64,000 bases of DNA from Sarea resinae (Eukaryota), in NCBI GenBank assembly GCA_026026165.1, contig JAPEUD010000006.1, forward strand, positions 248,001 through 312,000. The letters are read 5' to 3'. The notes beneath the pieces were generated by a model that worked only from the letters and a program-made list of their open reading frames with translations, was not told where the DNA came from and ran no database searches. Position numbers and translations under genes: made by a program. Positions 14,318-26,800 of this stretch are shown one piece after another. How positions within the stretch are numbered: position 1 is the stretch's first letter; every line of letters starts with the position of its first letter.

Positions 14318-17295
14318 TCACTCCCAAGCATCCACAACATCCGAACGTTCGTTTCTCCCGCCTCCCAGCCCCAAGCTCGGCAGTGCCGTAATAGCAGGTG
14401 CCTCAATCTGGGGTGGTTTCTCGGCCTTCTTCGTGGGACTGGCCGGCCTACTCTTGACCTTCTCCTCCAGCTTCGGCCCCATCCGGACGTCGCGCACATC
14501 CCACCCATCATCCACGGCCGCAGCGACCCAAGTGCGGAGCGCATCATGTACAGCACCGTAGAACTTCTCCTTGCAGGTCCTCAACGTCCCACCAAGGCAT
14601 TTCTCGTATCCTGAAAGCTTCAAATCTTCCCGCAGGATGTTACGGTCGGCAGTCGTGGGCAGAGAGGCAATGATGCCGTTAACGAGGTCGAGATGGGTAG
14701 CAAGGTAATTCGTAGCGTCCCATTCGACGCCGCCGACGTAAGGGGCAGCAGGCACAGGAGGGCGTTCCTTGGGGAAGTGCAGACGATGGTACGAGTGGGT
14801 CTCCGAAAGGGCTGTAGTAGGTGGGACGGGAATGGTGTTGAGGTTATGCAAGAAGATCCAGAAGACTTCCTTGGTTACGTTGACGATCTCTTTGCACCAG
14901 ACGCGGTAGGGGCGCGAGACGTGCATGGAGGTAATAAAGCCAAGGGGTTGCGCATCTTCAGGAGGTGAAGGATCGCGGAGGTAGGAGAGGAGGGTTTGAG
15001 CGCGCGGTGCGACCTCGGTTTCGGAGGCTGTCGACAGGTGGGTGACTGTTGTTTCGTGAGCTAGGTTGAAATCATGCAGCACGGCTCTAGACTTACAGAG
15101 AAGACTTATAATTATGCCTCGAGTGGTGAACTCGCTAGGCCCTTTCCTCTCTTCATCGAAGAGCATTTTGAGCAATGCTGGGAACAGGCTGGATTCAATC
15201 TCCGCAAGACGTTGCAGTGCAAGGTCAGTAGTACAGAGAGCTTTAAGACAAAGAAGCACCTCATGGAGAAGGGCATCCTCGTGCTCCTCGCTGAATATAA
15301 AGTAAGCATCAACCGTATCCGAGAGCCAATCGAGGGAGCATACCGCCATTCAACGTCCATGATTCTATGGAGAAGTCCTACAACTTCCATCATCCCGCCC
15401 TGCTTGATGAAAGCATCCACCCACGTGACAGTTTCGTTCCTCAAAAGTAATCTTAGCTTGTGCAGCTTGCCGACTTCGACGTTCTCTGGCTGCTGCTCCT
15501 TGCGCAAGTAAGAGATGAAGTCTCCAGGTACAGTCGGTTTGGCAGGTTTGCCCACAAATGCCATCGCCTGCGCCACCCCGGCAGAGGTCAACGACTTAGA
15601 TGAACCGCTCTTGGAAAAGTCCGTGGACTTGGTCCTTCCAGCCGTCCCATCATTCTCCGACTTCTGCTTTTTCGTTGGAGAATTGTCACCCCTACTCAAC
15701 GTGAAGGTCTTGCTTCGAGGTCGAGATCTTTTCGTAGGGCTAGCCTGCTCCGCGGGACATGCATCGCCTGAATGAACCCCTGTTGTCATGGGAGCATCCC
15801 AAAATGCCTTCATAGAGCCTGCAGCAGACTTAGTTGGACTTTCGGATTTGTCTTGCTTTTCAAAATCTGCCTTCAAAGAGCCTGCAGCAGACTTAGTTGG
15901 GCTGTCAGATTTGTCTTGCTTTACAAAATCTGCCTTTATTCGCACGTCTAGTGACCGGAGCTTGTCTCGCATATTCTGGGGAACATTTCTCGAATCCTGC
16001 GAAAACCTTAGCGTCAAAATTCAACGGCATAGGATACTCAGAACTTACCAATACGGACTCAAATTCCCTCTCAATAGCTTTGCGATCAGCTTTAACTTCT
16101 TTTGGCGTCTCTTTCTGCGCCTCCTTGGACTTTCCGTTAAGGGCAGCAACAGCTGCCATTACCCTAGCTCCACGCTTTGCGATCGTCAATGGCTCCTTTG
16201 AAGGAACACTAGCTAACATCTGAGATGCGCCACTTGACCGACGGCTTGGAGCTTGAACCTCGCCAGGGGTTCTTTCCCCGTGGGCTCTTTCCCCGTGAGG
16301 TGCACTAGACTTGCGCTGTCGGCCGCTCGAGGAGCGACTCGAGACAGAAGGGTGCATTCGGCTGTTACTGGTTCTTCGAAGCCCTGCAAAGCTCTCTGCG
16401 AGAGAATTCGTAGATGTGCTCGACGGCAAATATGCCGATTTCGGTCTTGATTTGGGCTCACCCCGCTTCGTCAAGGTGGGCTGCTCCATGCCGTGAAAGT
16501 TTCGTTGCTTCGACGGTGAGTAGGCTTTTGGTGTGTAGAGTGCGACCTCCGCGTCTACATCCTTCACGTCGTTGAGCGGAATGCTTGACGTCCTGGTCGT
16601 CTCTGCAAACGGCTGTGATGCAAATTGGGCCCAAATGGGCGGAGGGACGGCAGCTGAAGGGGTTTGAGGTGTCTGGTTTTCTTTATCTCGGACCTCACGA
16701 GAGTCTTGATGTTGGCCTTTGGATGACTTCGGACGCGAAAGTAACGCCGAAAGGCTGGATTGAGACTTAGACCTATTCGGCCTCTTTTGAGTAGACTTTG
16801 CCTCGTCTCTACTACGCTCCTTGCTCTTTCCCCCCTTTTCCTTTTCTTTTGCTAGAGTCTTGAGGGAGATAGAACTCAGTGTCTTTTTGTGTAGGCTGTG
16901 GCCCTTGCTTGCAGCGACGCTTTCTTTCGGCTCATTCGACTTCTTGGGTGACGAACGCGTCCGATCGCGATTGTGGTGAAGCTCGCCAAGAATAGCATGC
17001 TCCGAATGAGGATGATTAGGCGGCAGAAGGGGGAGAGGTTTCCTGGCATTATGGTGACCATTCGAATTTTCGTCCTCGGCAGAATCCTGGGTCAATGCCT
17101 CTCCTGCAGATAGATTTCGTCGATGATTCCGAGGTGCCATCATGGATTTGATGACAGAGGACGTTGACCGCTTGTGCTGCCGTTCCTCAGCAACCATGCT
17201 TGAGGATGCTTGAGTGTCCATTTCGGGGACTGTTTCTGGCTGTGCGAGGAGCATTAGCATAAAGCGAAGTGAAGCGGTGAGCGAGATACAAACAT
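14318..17295 (-). CDS. Formin GTPase-binding/FH3-like domain protein (Rid1-like), multi-exon
   Basis: Disordered N-terminus followed by IEREFESVL|DSRNVPQNMRDKLRSLD, LHKLRLLLRNETVTWVDAFI and EWR|EEHEDALLHEVLLCLKALCTT, typical of a Drf_GBD-like domain. ORF fragments 15905-17260, 15112-16017 and 14318-15349 join through GT-AG introns. A tiny first exon ATGTTT (17290-17295) is inferred; the alternative start is the MDTQ Met. Confidence 0.75.
15806..15937. repeat. 63-bp in-frame tandem duplication (21 aa) inside the Rid1-like CDS
   Basis: agagcctgcagcagacttagttgg...gatttgtcttgcttt..caaaatctgcctt starts at 15814 and again at 15877. It encodes KADFVKQDKSDSPTKSAAGSL and KADFEKQDKSESPTKSAAGSM. Confidence 0.95.
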
Positions 17296-18215
17296 GATAG
17301 TTCGGCGCTCAATTCGGGCTCTCTCTCCAAGTGATTTTCCGAGAAGGAGCTCCGGGCCTAGACGTCAAGACGTCCGGCTTTATTCAGACTGTCATTGAGA
17401 TGAATTGAGTGAGAGTTCAAATGATGGGAGTCTTTGTTTGGGAGGTTTATCTAATGTAGTTCCGTTCGGCAGGCCAGGTCATACGTGTCGTGCTTCCTAG
17501 AGCTCGCTGCAAGGCAACCTGGTCGCTACAGCAACAATCGATAGTGTGTCGAGGTCAACGAATCGATCGTCGAAACGACCGGGCTTCACCGCAATGGCAG
17601 TCACGGCCGCTCCTTCTGAACTTGAAATCCTAGTGTTCCAAGAATTCAAGACGTGTGCTACCACTAAGGTAAGGTCATATGGATGCAAATGATCAGGTCT
17701 GAGTGTTCTATCGGTGTCCGCTTTGTTGACGCTGGGCTTTCGGGGGACATGCTCGGAAACATTGAGACAGGGGATCGCGAGTGATTACTAATCAATGCTC
17801 TACATAAGAGAGGTTTTGTGACACAGGGTCCCTCGGGCGGATGCTCTGATACTGCAGGGAAATTCCAAAAAGACCGTCAAATCGACACTTACCTTTGCAG
17901 GAATGAGAGAGATGCCTGGGGCAGCCCAGCTCGTTGAACGCCGGTATCCGTAGATAGAGGGGAATGGGAGGGGGGCGTTGATATTGCTAGACACCAAGAC
18001 GGCTGGGACTTTGATCGATGTATCCAATCTATCTCGTGCATCATCCTTGATTCCTGTACGATTCACGAGGCAGTAACAACAGCCATTCTTTCCATTCCTG
18101 TATCCCCATCTGATCGAACACTCGAAAGAGCAGAAGACGACGCCTCCATTTGTCGATATTGGTGCCTCGGAATTCCAGCGAGACCTCTCCCGCTACGTCT
18201 CGGGGTCAGCGCAGA

Positions 18216-19287
18216 ATGGCAAAACAAGAACACCCACCAACGACATCGTACCCCACTTACACTCCCGAGCAGTTGTCCCGCTACTTCGATCACATCTCGC
18301 TGCCCGAGTCTAAGCGCTTCATCTCGCCCGCGCACGCTCAGTCTCTCGACCAGGGACTTTCCTTCTTGCGTACTCTACAGAAATATCAAGTGGCAAAGGT
18401 GCCCTTCGAAAACCTGTCGTTGCACTATACCCCGCACCACAGCGTCAGCATCGACCCTCAGCATGTGTACCATAAGGTCGTCGACCGCGGCTGGGGAGGT
18501 TATTGCATGGAAAACAACCTCTTTTTCGGCACTGTACTGAGGTCGTTGGGATTCAGTCTCTATCCAGTTGGCGGACGGGTCAGTTTTGCTACGGTAGGAA
18601 GACCCGGGAAAGGATTTGGCGGTTGGTGCGTTATCCCTTTGGTGGCAATACTCGTGCTCTTGTCGTGCGATTTTCGTCCTGGCGGAGGCTTTGCGCTGAC
18701 CTGAGTGCCCTTGGCGAATGTATAGGAGTCACATGGTCAATCTTGTCACATTTGAAGGTAAGAAGTACATGGTGGATGTGGGGTTTGGGTCGAATGAACC
18801 CACGCATCCGCTGCCTTTGGTCGACGGCGAGGTCTCGCTGGGCATCGGGCCTCAAACCCTCCGCCTGGTCTGGAGCCAACTTCCGCAGAATACAAATCCC
18901 GAACAGAAAATGTGGATCTTCCAGACTCGAAAAGATGATACGACCGACTGGCAGGATGCATATTGCTTCGCTGACTTGGAGTTCTGGCCTGAAGACTTCG
19001 GCGTCATTAATTACTTGACTAGCACGAGCCCGCAAAGCTTTTTCACCTATAGAGTCGTGTGCGTTAGGTTTCTAATGGAAGATGAAGAGCTGATTGGGAC
19101 GGTAGCGTTAGCTGGGGGGGACGTGAGGCGCAGGGTGAATGGAAAGCGAGAAGATCTAATGTCGTGTGAGACGGAAGAGCAGAGGATAGCGGCACTAGAA
19201 AGGCATTTCGAAATCATTTTGTCCCAAGAACAGCAGCAATCGATCTCAGGGATGGTGAGTGAATTGGTAGGCGCAATAAGTCTGTAG
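18216..19287 (+). CDS. Arylamine N-acetyltransferase, 2 exons
   Basis: VPFENLSLHY, RGWGGYCMENN (catalytic Cys), W|SHMVNLV (His), YMVDVGFG (Asp). Intron 18626-18724. Confidence 0.93.
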
Positions 19288-19358
19288 TGATATCGCTGCC
19301 GCCAACAGAAACGCTTTCTTGATAGATACAAGCAAAATGCAAAGTCGATATAAACATC

Positions 19359-19832
19359 TTAGAGGAAGCGCTTCTCTACCTTTTGTGAACGTTAGCAAAA
19401 GTAGCAACGAAGATCGGACGCGAGCGCGAACCTTCCAAGGATTGTTCAGCTCGAAACCCGCTGGAGCCTCTGCTTTGTCTACCTGGCCTCGCAACCGGCC
19501 AGTCAGTCGTCGATCGCGTTCCATCACTATCCCTGAGTCAGTAGTTGAGCCGCCAGTCGATATTTTCAAGAGTAATCACTTTGCTGTTCGAAAATTAGCA
19601 ATCGATTCCGTCGTATGGGGTTTGTCCACTCTCACTCTATCCCATTGATCCACCGAATGCCTTGGTCGCTTGTGGTCGTTCGCCATGTTCCTCATTTTCG
19701 AAAGTGCAGCACCGGTGACACCGTACATCTACAGCCATTTGATCAGCGGATGGGATGGCGAGATGGGCTTGATCGTCGTCTTACGCCTATGATGATCGCA
19801 TACGGGATCAAAGCCTCGAATGGCACACCCAT
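19359..19832 (-). CDS. NDUFA1: NADH:ubiquinone oxidoreductase subunit NDUFA1/MWFE (Neurospora 9.8-kDa subunit type), 5 exons including a 4-nt microexon
   Basis: Spliced product MGVPFEALIPYAIIIG|MYGVTGAALSKMRNMANDHKRPRHSVDQWDR|Q|MMERDRRLTGRLRGQVDKAEAPAGFELNNPWK|VEKRFL*, which matches the fungal MWFE family pattern. Every intron has GT..CTRAY..AG. Confidence 0.92.
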
Positions 19833-20583
19833 GGTGGATGACGATGACGGATCTTCCCCGGTCGATATTAGCACAATTAAAAAGGTCGTTGGCTCTCCGG
19901 GCACTCACGGTATTCTGAGAGGATCGGAGACGGACAAGAGAGATGATCTCGAGGACAAGTCGACGGCAATGATGATTGATGAAGTCGAATTCGGTCTTGT
20001 CGGCTCGGGACGAGGGGTGTGGCTGACCATCCAATGCCGCAACTCGTCTTTCTGCGGCTAAGCGAATACGGTTGCCACAGGAGGTACTAACCGCACAACG
20101 AGGAGACGACGAGCTTAGACGACGAGCTCATCAAAGCCAGAGGCCCAAAACATCACGATTACGTTGGAAATACGCGTAGAGTGCGCGTTGAATAAGCGTT
20201 TACTGTAAGTTAAACTACGCCGCTGATCTGAAAGTTGGTTGTTGAGTCTCATATCGACGCGCCTTACTCATCAACGTTCGCGAAGGCCAACAGAGCTGTG
20301 CTGATACGCTCTTTATCTTACAGAGACCATCGAGACGGCAGTGAATTAGATGCGCCAGTAGCGGAAATATTCACGGCACAATCAGTCGAGCTTTCCACAT
20401 GGGTTCATATCCCGCTCCATGGTGTTGAGAGACACGCGACAGCTCTGAGCGCGCAGATTCGCTCATGATAACCAGGTCGGACCGCAGCTTTATCTGCGGC
20501 TAATCTGTGGAAATCATCCGCCAGAAGACTTGCTCCCGTGCGGAAGGGCCTTGGACAACCTGGCGGCTGCTTTGTCATACATC

Positions 20584-23500
20584 ATGGCGACTGAGCCAAT
20601 GGACCTCGAGCGACAGGATGCGGAATTTGAAGGTGACATGGCAAGTAGTGACGAGGATGCAGAGCACGAGGATGACCCCATGATGGATCAAGAAGACCTG
20701 GACGGCAATGCTGGTGAGCAGCAGCTTGACCTGGAAGGCTCTGATGCGGACGCGGAAGGAGAAGACGTGGATGAAGATGAAGAGCTGGTCGGAGATGTTA
20801 AAATACCAAACCAGCAAGATGATTCGGAGAGCGAAGCTGACGCGGCAGAGGAGGCCGGATCAGACCACGACGATAGTAGCGATAACGAGGAATCAAGCGA
20901 TGCAGAGTCTGATGTTGCGGAGGAAGAATGGGTTGAAGGTAGCGATGGCGGGGAAGAAGAAGAAGCGGCAGGAACAATAGACAGAAATTGCTGCATGTAA
21001 GTGCTGGAGCAAGAGAAAGTAGTTGGGGATGTATGGCTGACAAGGAATATAGATTCTGCGGCGAAGACGAGGAACATGACCCAAGCGAAGAATTTGAGGA
21101 ATATCTTGCATGCGCTGTTTGTGGAGACAATTGTAAGTTATGGTTGGAAGAATTGACTATTTGTTGATACTTCGGATTACTCTGACGTGACCTTCCTACC
21201 TGCAGCACATCGGCAATGCGCGCGATCCGCTAGTGGTGTCAAGCCAGATGAAGGTATGTGGCAAAGGGGCCCCGATAATGCTCACCACCACTTTCTTGCT
21301 GCATGCTGTAAATTTATTAACACTCTCACAGATGCAGCGCACTGGCGATGTCCATCTTGTATCGAAAATGGACTGGAGATTGAGCAAAATGATATGCAAT
21401 CATCGCATCGACGGTCTTCGGCTCCTAAGATTGCAAGGGATTTACTTCCTTCTCTGCGAGGCGCTCCAAGGCCCGACTCTCACTCGGTCTTTAATAGTCT
21501 CATTGTTGATGACGATCCTATGGATGGCTCACGCTTGTTGCGAAAACGAAAGGCGTCGTCTGTCGAGATATCTGAAGCATTTTCGGTAACGAGAAAACGA
21601 AGACGCCCATCAAAATTGACCGACTCGGATTCCCAGGCATCGGATTTACCAGAATCTACAGATCATTATGATGATGTCGAAGTTGGTGATAATGAGAACG
21701 GCAATGAAGAGCGAGAGTTCGGGAAAGACGAATTTGTTGATGAGGAAATACCGGCGACCAATGGCATCACAAGGGATCCCTCAAACTCTCCAAAAGCAAG
21801 GCCATCAAGGCCACGACGCCCAAGGAAAGTGGACACGAAATTAGCTACCATTGCGAAGAGAAACAAATCGAGTATTATTCTACGAGTCCGCCTCGATTCG
21901 AAAAAATTATCGCGGGTGTTGGAGTCCCAACCTAAGAAGAAAAGACGACGACCCCAGCAAACGCCGGTTGCGCCAGAACAGCACGTCCATTATCCTTCCT
22001 TCTTTTCTGCAAACTATGCAACACCTTTCTATTCTTTCCACGATCGGGGAAACGACTCATTGAATTCTAAACCATATGGCGGTATCCTTTCAGAAGCTGA
22101 GGCAGACACATCCAAAACACTTCCTCAGGCTGCAGACCGTGCGCGATTTGAAGCTGCGAGGCAGAAAGCGGAGGAAGAGTGGAAGCAGAAAATTGCCGAT
22201 ACTACGGCCAATCAAGGTGAAAATGAAGGCCGGTCCCAGAAGGTTGCCGGGCCGCCTAGCAAGATCAAATGCATAAATTTTGGGGGCTTTGAGATAGACA
22301 CATGGTATGCGGCGCCCTACCCGGAAGAGTACAGCAGAAATCGGGTTCTTTATATCTGCGAATTTTGCTTGAAGTACATGAGCTCTGATTTTGTGGCATG
22401 GCGGCACAAGGTAAGATATGCATTTCCGCTCCAGCATTGCGAAGCTAATGTCAGGTAGCTCAAATGCCCGGCAAAGCATCCACCCGGTGACGAGATTTAT
22501 CGCGACAAGTCGGTCTCAATCTTCGAAGTTGATGGTCGTAAAAACCCAGTCTACTGCCAGAATCTGTGCCTCCTCGCAAAACTCTTCCTTGGCTCGAAGA
22601 CGCTTTACTACGACGTCGAACCATTCCTGTTTTACGTCATGACCGAGTATGATGAATACGGCTGTCATTTTGTTGGATACTTTTCGAAAGAGAAACGACC
22701 AAGTAGTCAGAACAATGTATCATGCATTTTGACTTTACCGACGCATCAACGTAAAGGCTATGGCAATCTCCTCATCGATTTTTCCTATCTTCTCTCGCGG
22801 GTCGAGAGGAAGACTGGATCGCCAGAGAAGCCCCTTTCTGACATGGGTCTTGTCTCTTACCGCAATTACTGGCGACTTGTTCTCTCATATCAGCTCCTAG
22901 AGCAGAAAGACGCCCTTAGCATCACTGACATATCCGCCCGCACTGGGATGACCGCCGACGACATCGTTTCTGGGCTTGAGAATCTTCGAGCGTTGGTCAG
23001 AGATCCTGTGACAAAAACGTACGGTCTGCGGCTCGATTTTGCTTACTTTCAACAATGCATTGACAGCTGGGAGGCGAAAGGCTACGTGAAGCTAAATTCC
23101 GATGCATTGGTATGGACGCCATACATTATGGGTCGCAGTAATCTGGCACACTACGAAACAGCGCCACCTTTGGCAACTGTAGCACCAAGGGAAGGGGAAG
23201 AAGATGAGGAAAAGGTGGCCCCGGAAGAGGGTGTGCAGGCTGCTCAGGACGTCTCTGCGACACGCGAAGTGATAGTCGGAAGCAACAGGAAGGTCAACGG
23301 CGATGGCCACGACAAGCATGATGGCGTTCCTACGCCCCAGGCCGACACTGAAAAGCAACTACAACAGGCTGCTGGGCCTCCTCCTTCAACAGACGTTATT
23401 GATCATGCAATCCTAAAATTAGTCGCAAAGCCATCGCCTAGCAAGCCCGTCTCGAATCCCCCCAAGGTCAACGGTCTTCAGCCACCAGCCATCCCGCCCA

Positions 23501-23826
23501 TACGTTTCGAGATCTTCCCTCCAGTTCCCGGCTCCGCGCGTAGACGGGCGGCCAAGCGGGCATCAGCAAGAGGCGTGGGGCGGAGAACAAGTACACCCGT
23601 CAGGCGAGGCGGGAAGAATCTTGATTCGATAACCCCAAGTACCAAATTGTCGACTCGCACGAGGAGCAAGCTCGCGGATATGCTGACCGATGACAACGAA
23701 GAGAAAACGCATACAGACTACGATGGTAAAACAGTGGAAGTGGTAGCAGTTACTGAGATTGAGAATGGGCATAAGGCAGATTTTGATAATGGAGCGTCTG
23801 CGGAAGCACCGATGGACGAAGCATAG
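20584..23826 (+). CDS. SAS3: MYST-family histone acetyltransferase, Sas3/Mst2 type, with N-terminal acidic tract and PHD finger
   Basis: PHD (C.FC...CAVC..HRQC..WRCPSC) assembled over introns near 20997-21052, 21133-21205 and 21254-21331. MYST domain: [59 protein letters not shown]. Further intron 22411-22458. Confidence 0.9.
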
Positions 23827-26800
23827 ATCCGGCAACTAGGGAGATATCGGAGCATTTAATGAAGGCGGCGTTAATCGAAGCTCGTCATCGTCGTCTTTGG
23901 GAGCGTTTCGGCTGGGGTCTGAGACATAAATCTTAGGGTATTTTTTCACTTGGCGTTCTGGGCTTCCTTAATTAGAAGGGCACTTCACTAGCTTCTGGAT
24001 GACGGCTTTCTGTCTGTCGGTGGCACGGGGGTGATACCTTGGCGCTTTTCCGTCCTCTCTGCGCTGATGTTCCAAGGTGATCAGGCAGAAATTGTATTAT
24101 TTGTACTATCATTTCCCTACGAATGGCATCGATAGGTGGAGACCGAATGCTAGGTGTCCAATCTCGAATGCGGGCTGGTGTGTACTTCGAACGATCACTA
24201 CTGTATTGTTAGTTTTGTCTCCATTTGACTTCCCAAGGAGTCTACTGGGTAGTAGGCGCATGATTTGACATGTCGATATGTGGTCCGAGGCAATGCTGGA
24301 CTGCTCTTTTACAAGAGTCCTAGGCGATTCATTGTTGAAAATCTCACGGCAACGGTTCATTCACCGCAGGAATTTTACAGATCGATGTTGTGCAGTCGTT
24401 CAAGGTTAGCCGTATAGAGAAGGCAGGCGGAAGGGTATATACTCCTCGTATGAGCCGGCTCACACTCATGATGTTCCACAAACAAAACATCTATATTTAT
24501 ATTGCATCGACTGATCAAGCCATGAATCTTATTGGTCGTGAATATTTGTTTGATCATGAGATAAGCTCTAGCAGCTACTCCCCAGAGTATACTGAATGCA
24601 GATTATCAAAACTCGAGCTTTCCTTACCTTGTCATAGCAGCCTAGGTATTGAAGATCGGCGTCATCTTTTCATGAGCATTCTGACAGTTGTCAAAGGGCA
24701 TTCACGGTTCTCTTCAGATTCCATTAGATGCCATCGGCTGACTTCTTGCACTAGACTCGTAGCGCAGGCCGTTTTGGTTGTCAGCCCGGATATCATTTAC
24801 CCGATCGAACCTCTCGTCCAAAGACCCCAAATGGCAAGAAAGGAAGGCACGTTGACAATGAAAAGATCACCAAAAGGAAACCCATGTCCAGGAATACTCA
24901 GATAGCATACCCGGAGAAGGAAAAGGCCATGATTTGCAGCGAGTAGGAGCACCCTCCTCGACGCATTGACCAGCTCTACCTCTGCAGATCAGCGACAGAC
25001 GGACGGATGAACTCAAGCCGCGGTAAACCGCTCGACCCTGGTGCTTTGTACGGAGTACAAGCTCTGCTGATCACCAAATCTCAGAAGCTCCTAATCGACG
25101 ATGACCCCCCCGGCTAAGAAGCCCCAGTATAGTCTTATCCGGACCTCACCAATCTATACGAGACCGCACAGGCATGATCGCTGCGAAATGCACGCAGTCT
25201 CATGCCCTTCACGCCCTGCTTCCGTAATAAAGGACTTGCCGGCCAGCACCCTTGGGAGTGCCGAGGGAACCGATAGCAGAAGGGCATCCAACGCCACCCA
25301 TTCCCTTTCGGGAAACACGAGCCATGGATCAGGAATAGAGTCTCCGACTGGGTTAGCGTGCAGGACCCATCAGCTACCTACTCATAGTATTCGGTCTGAC
25401 TGGGGAAGCCTGTCATCATTGAGGCCAATGACCATCCGCGGTATCGACGTCCGAATATTGGAGTGGCAGAGGGTTGACCAGGCTAGCAATTGGAAACTAC
25501 GAGTAGCTCACTTATGACCCTGCAGACAGAGCAAAGAGAGGTACCAAGTACAATGCCCCTTACCAGTCGATGATCTGCAGTCGTGCATTCATGGTCGCCC
25601 GGTCAAGCCTGCGACTAAGGCAAGCACTTGATCAGCACGCCAATACCAATGCCAATCTACGATGCGCACAGTCGGTCACGCACATGTCGCAGTCCAATAG
25701 GTGCGCGGTGTGGCCGCTGCTTCTCCCGCGAGTCACGCACATCGATTGCCTGTGATTGACTTTGAGACTAGCAGTCGTTGAAGCCAACGTACTGGGATGG
25801 AGCGCCATCATCGCCTTTCGACTTGACTGATTAGGCCGTTGCAACTGTCAAAACAGGTGGGAATCCTTACAAGTGGCATACCGCATTCGTCGACAAGTTA
25901 GACTATCTCGGCAGGCGATCTCGAATACGCATTTCTACCTCTGTATTTATACATTTATCCATTTCTATGCTGGGAAGGAACCCGAGCTGACAGCATACAT
26001 CTGGGATCGATCAAGCGAATCACCCGAATGTGGTGTTGCTTCAATGGACAATCATTGGACGTTTGAAAGCCAAAGTCATGAATTGCGGCAACCTACGCCG
26101 AAGTTCGATGAAACAGCTGACAGTCATTACTTTGTCCCAGATCACGAGACCGTAAAAAGTAAAGATAATGCTACTACCTATAGGTAAGATGAATAACGTA
26201 TTATGATACATATCATTCCTTAATATGTCATTCCTTCAGATATTGAGACTAGCAGTAAGATGCTACTGTTGGCATCTACCCCAATTATATCGATAAAAAG
26301 AGGCGGTAACCCGGGCTGTTCCTCATGAATTTCGACGTTGCCACAATGATTGGTTAAAGAGAATTGCAGACTACTTTTCGCTACAAGCAGGTGACATCTG
26401 GTAGGCGGCCTTTAAAGGGACGATCACGGCGGTGATGCACGTACGACGGCTTCACGGCGATCGCAACGGTCGACCTTCCCTACCTAATGTACTTCGAACG
26501 ATGCATACGCTTGGTCCCCGCCTCCTTCAAGGTACGAGACCAGTACGAAGGCGAGAAACGTGGATCAAATGATTTACGAGTATTCGAGCAGCTCCAAGCC
26601 CTCTTCATGTGACAGGAGACGCCCAGCCGTGGGCGGTCTCGCCATCAGTCAGTCGGGCATGAGAAATCATTTTCATTACAGCTGAGAGGGAATTGGGACA
26701 CGGGAGGAGGCCACCAATGATAGCAACTTGACGATAACATTCTCAAGTCCGCATTATGGTTATGCCTACTCGGAGTATATTGATCATATGCCAAACGGGT

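Noticed and set aside
13844..14327. Small ORFs in the ATC/GTC-repeat region
   Set aside because: Trinucleotide-rich 3' flank between convergent genes; the translations are low-complexity artefacts.
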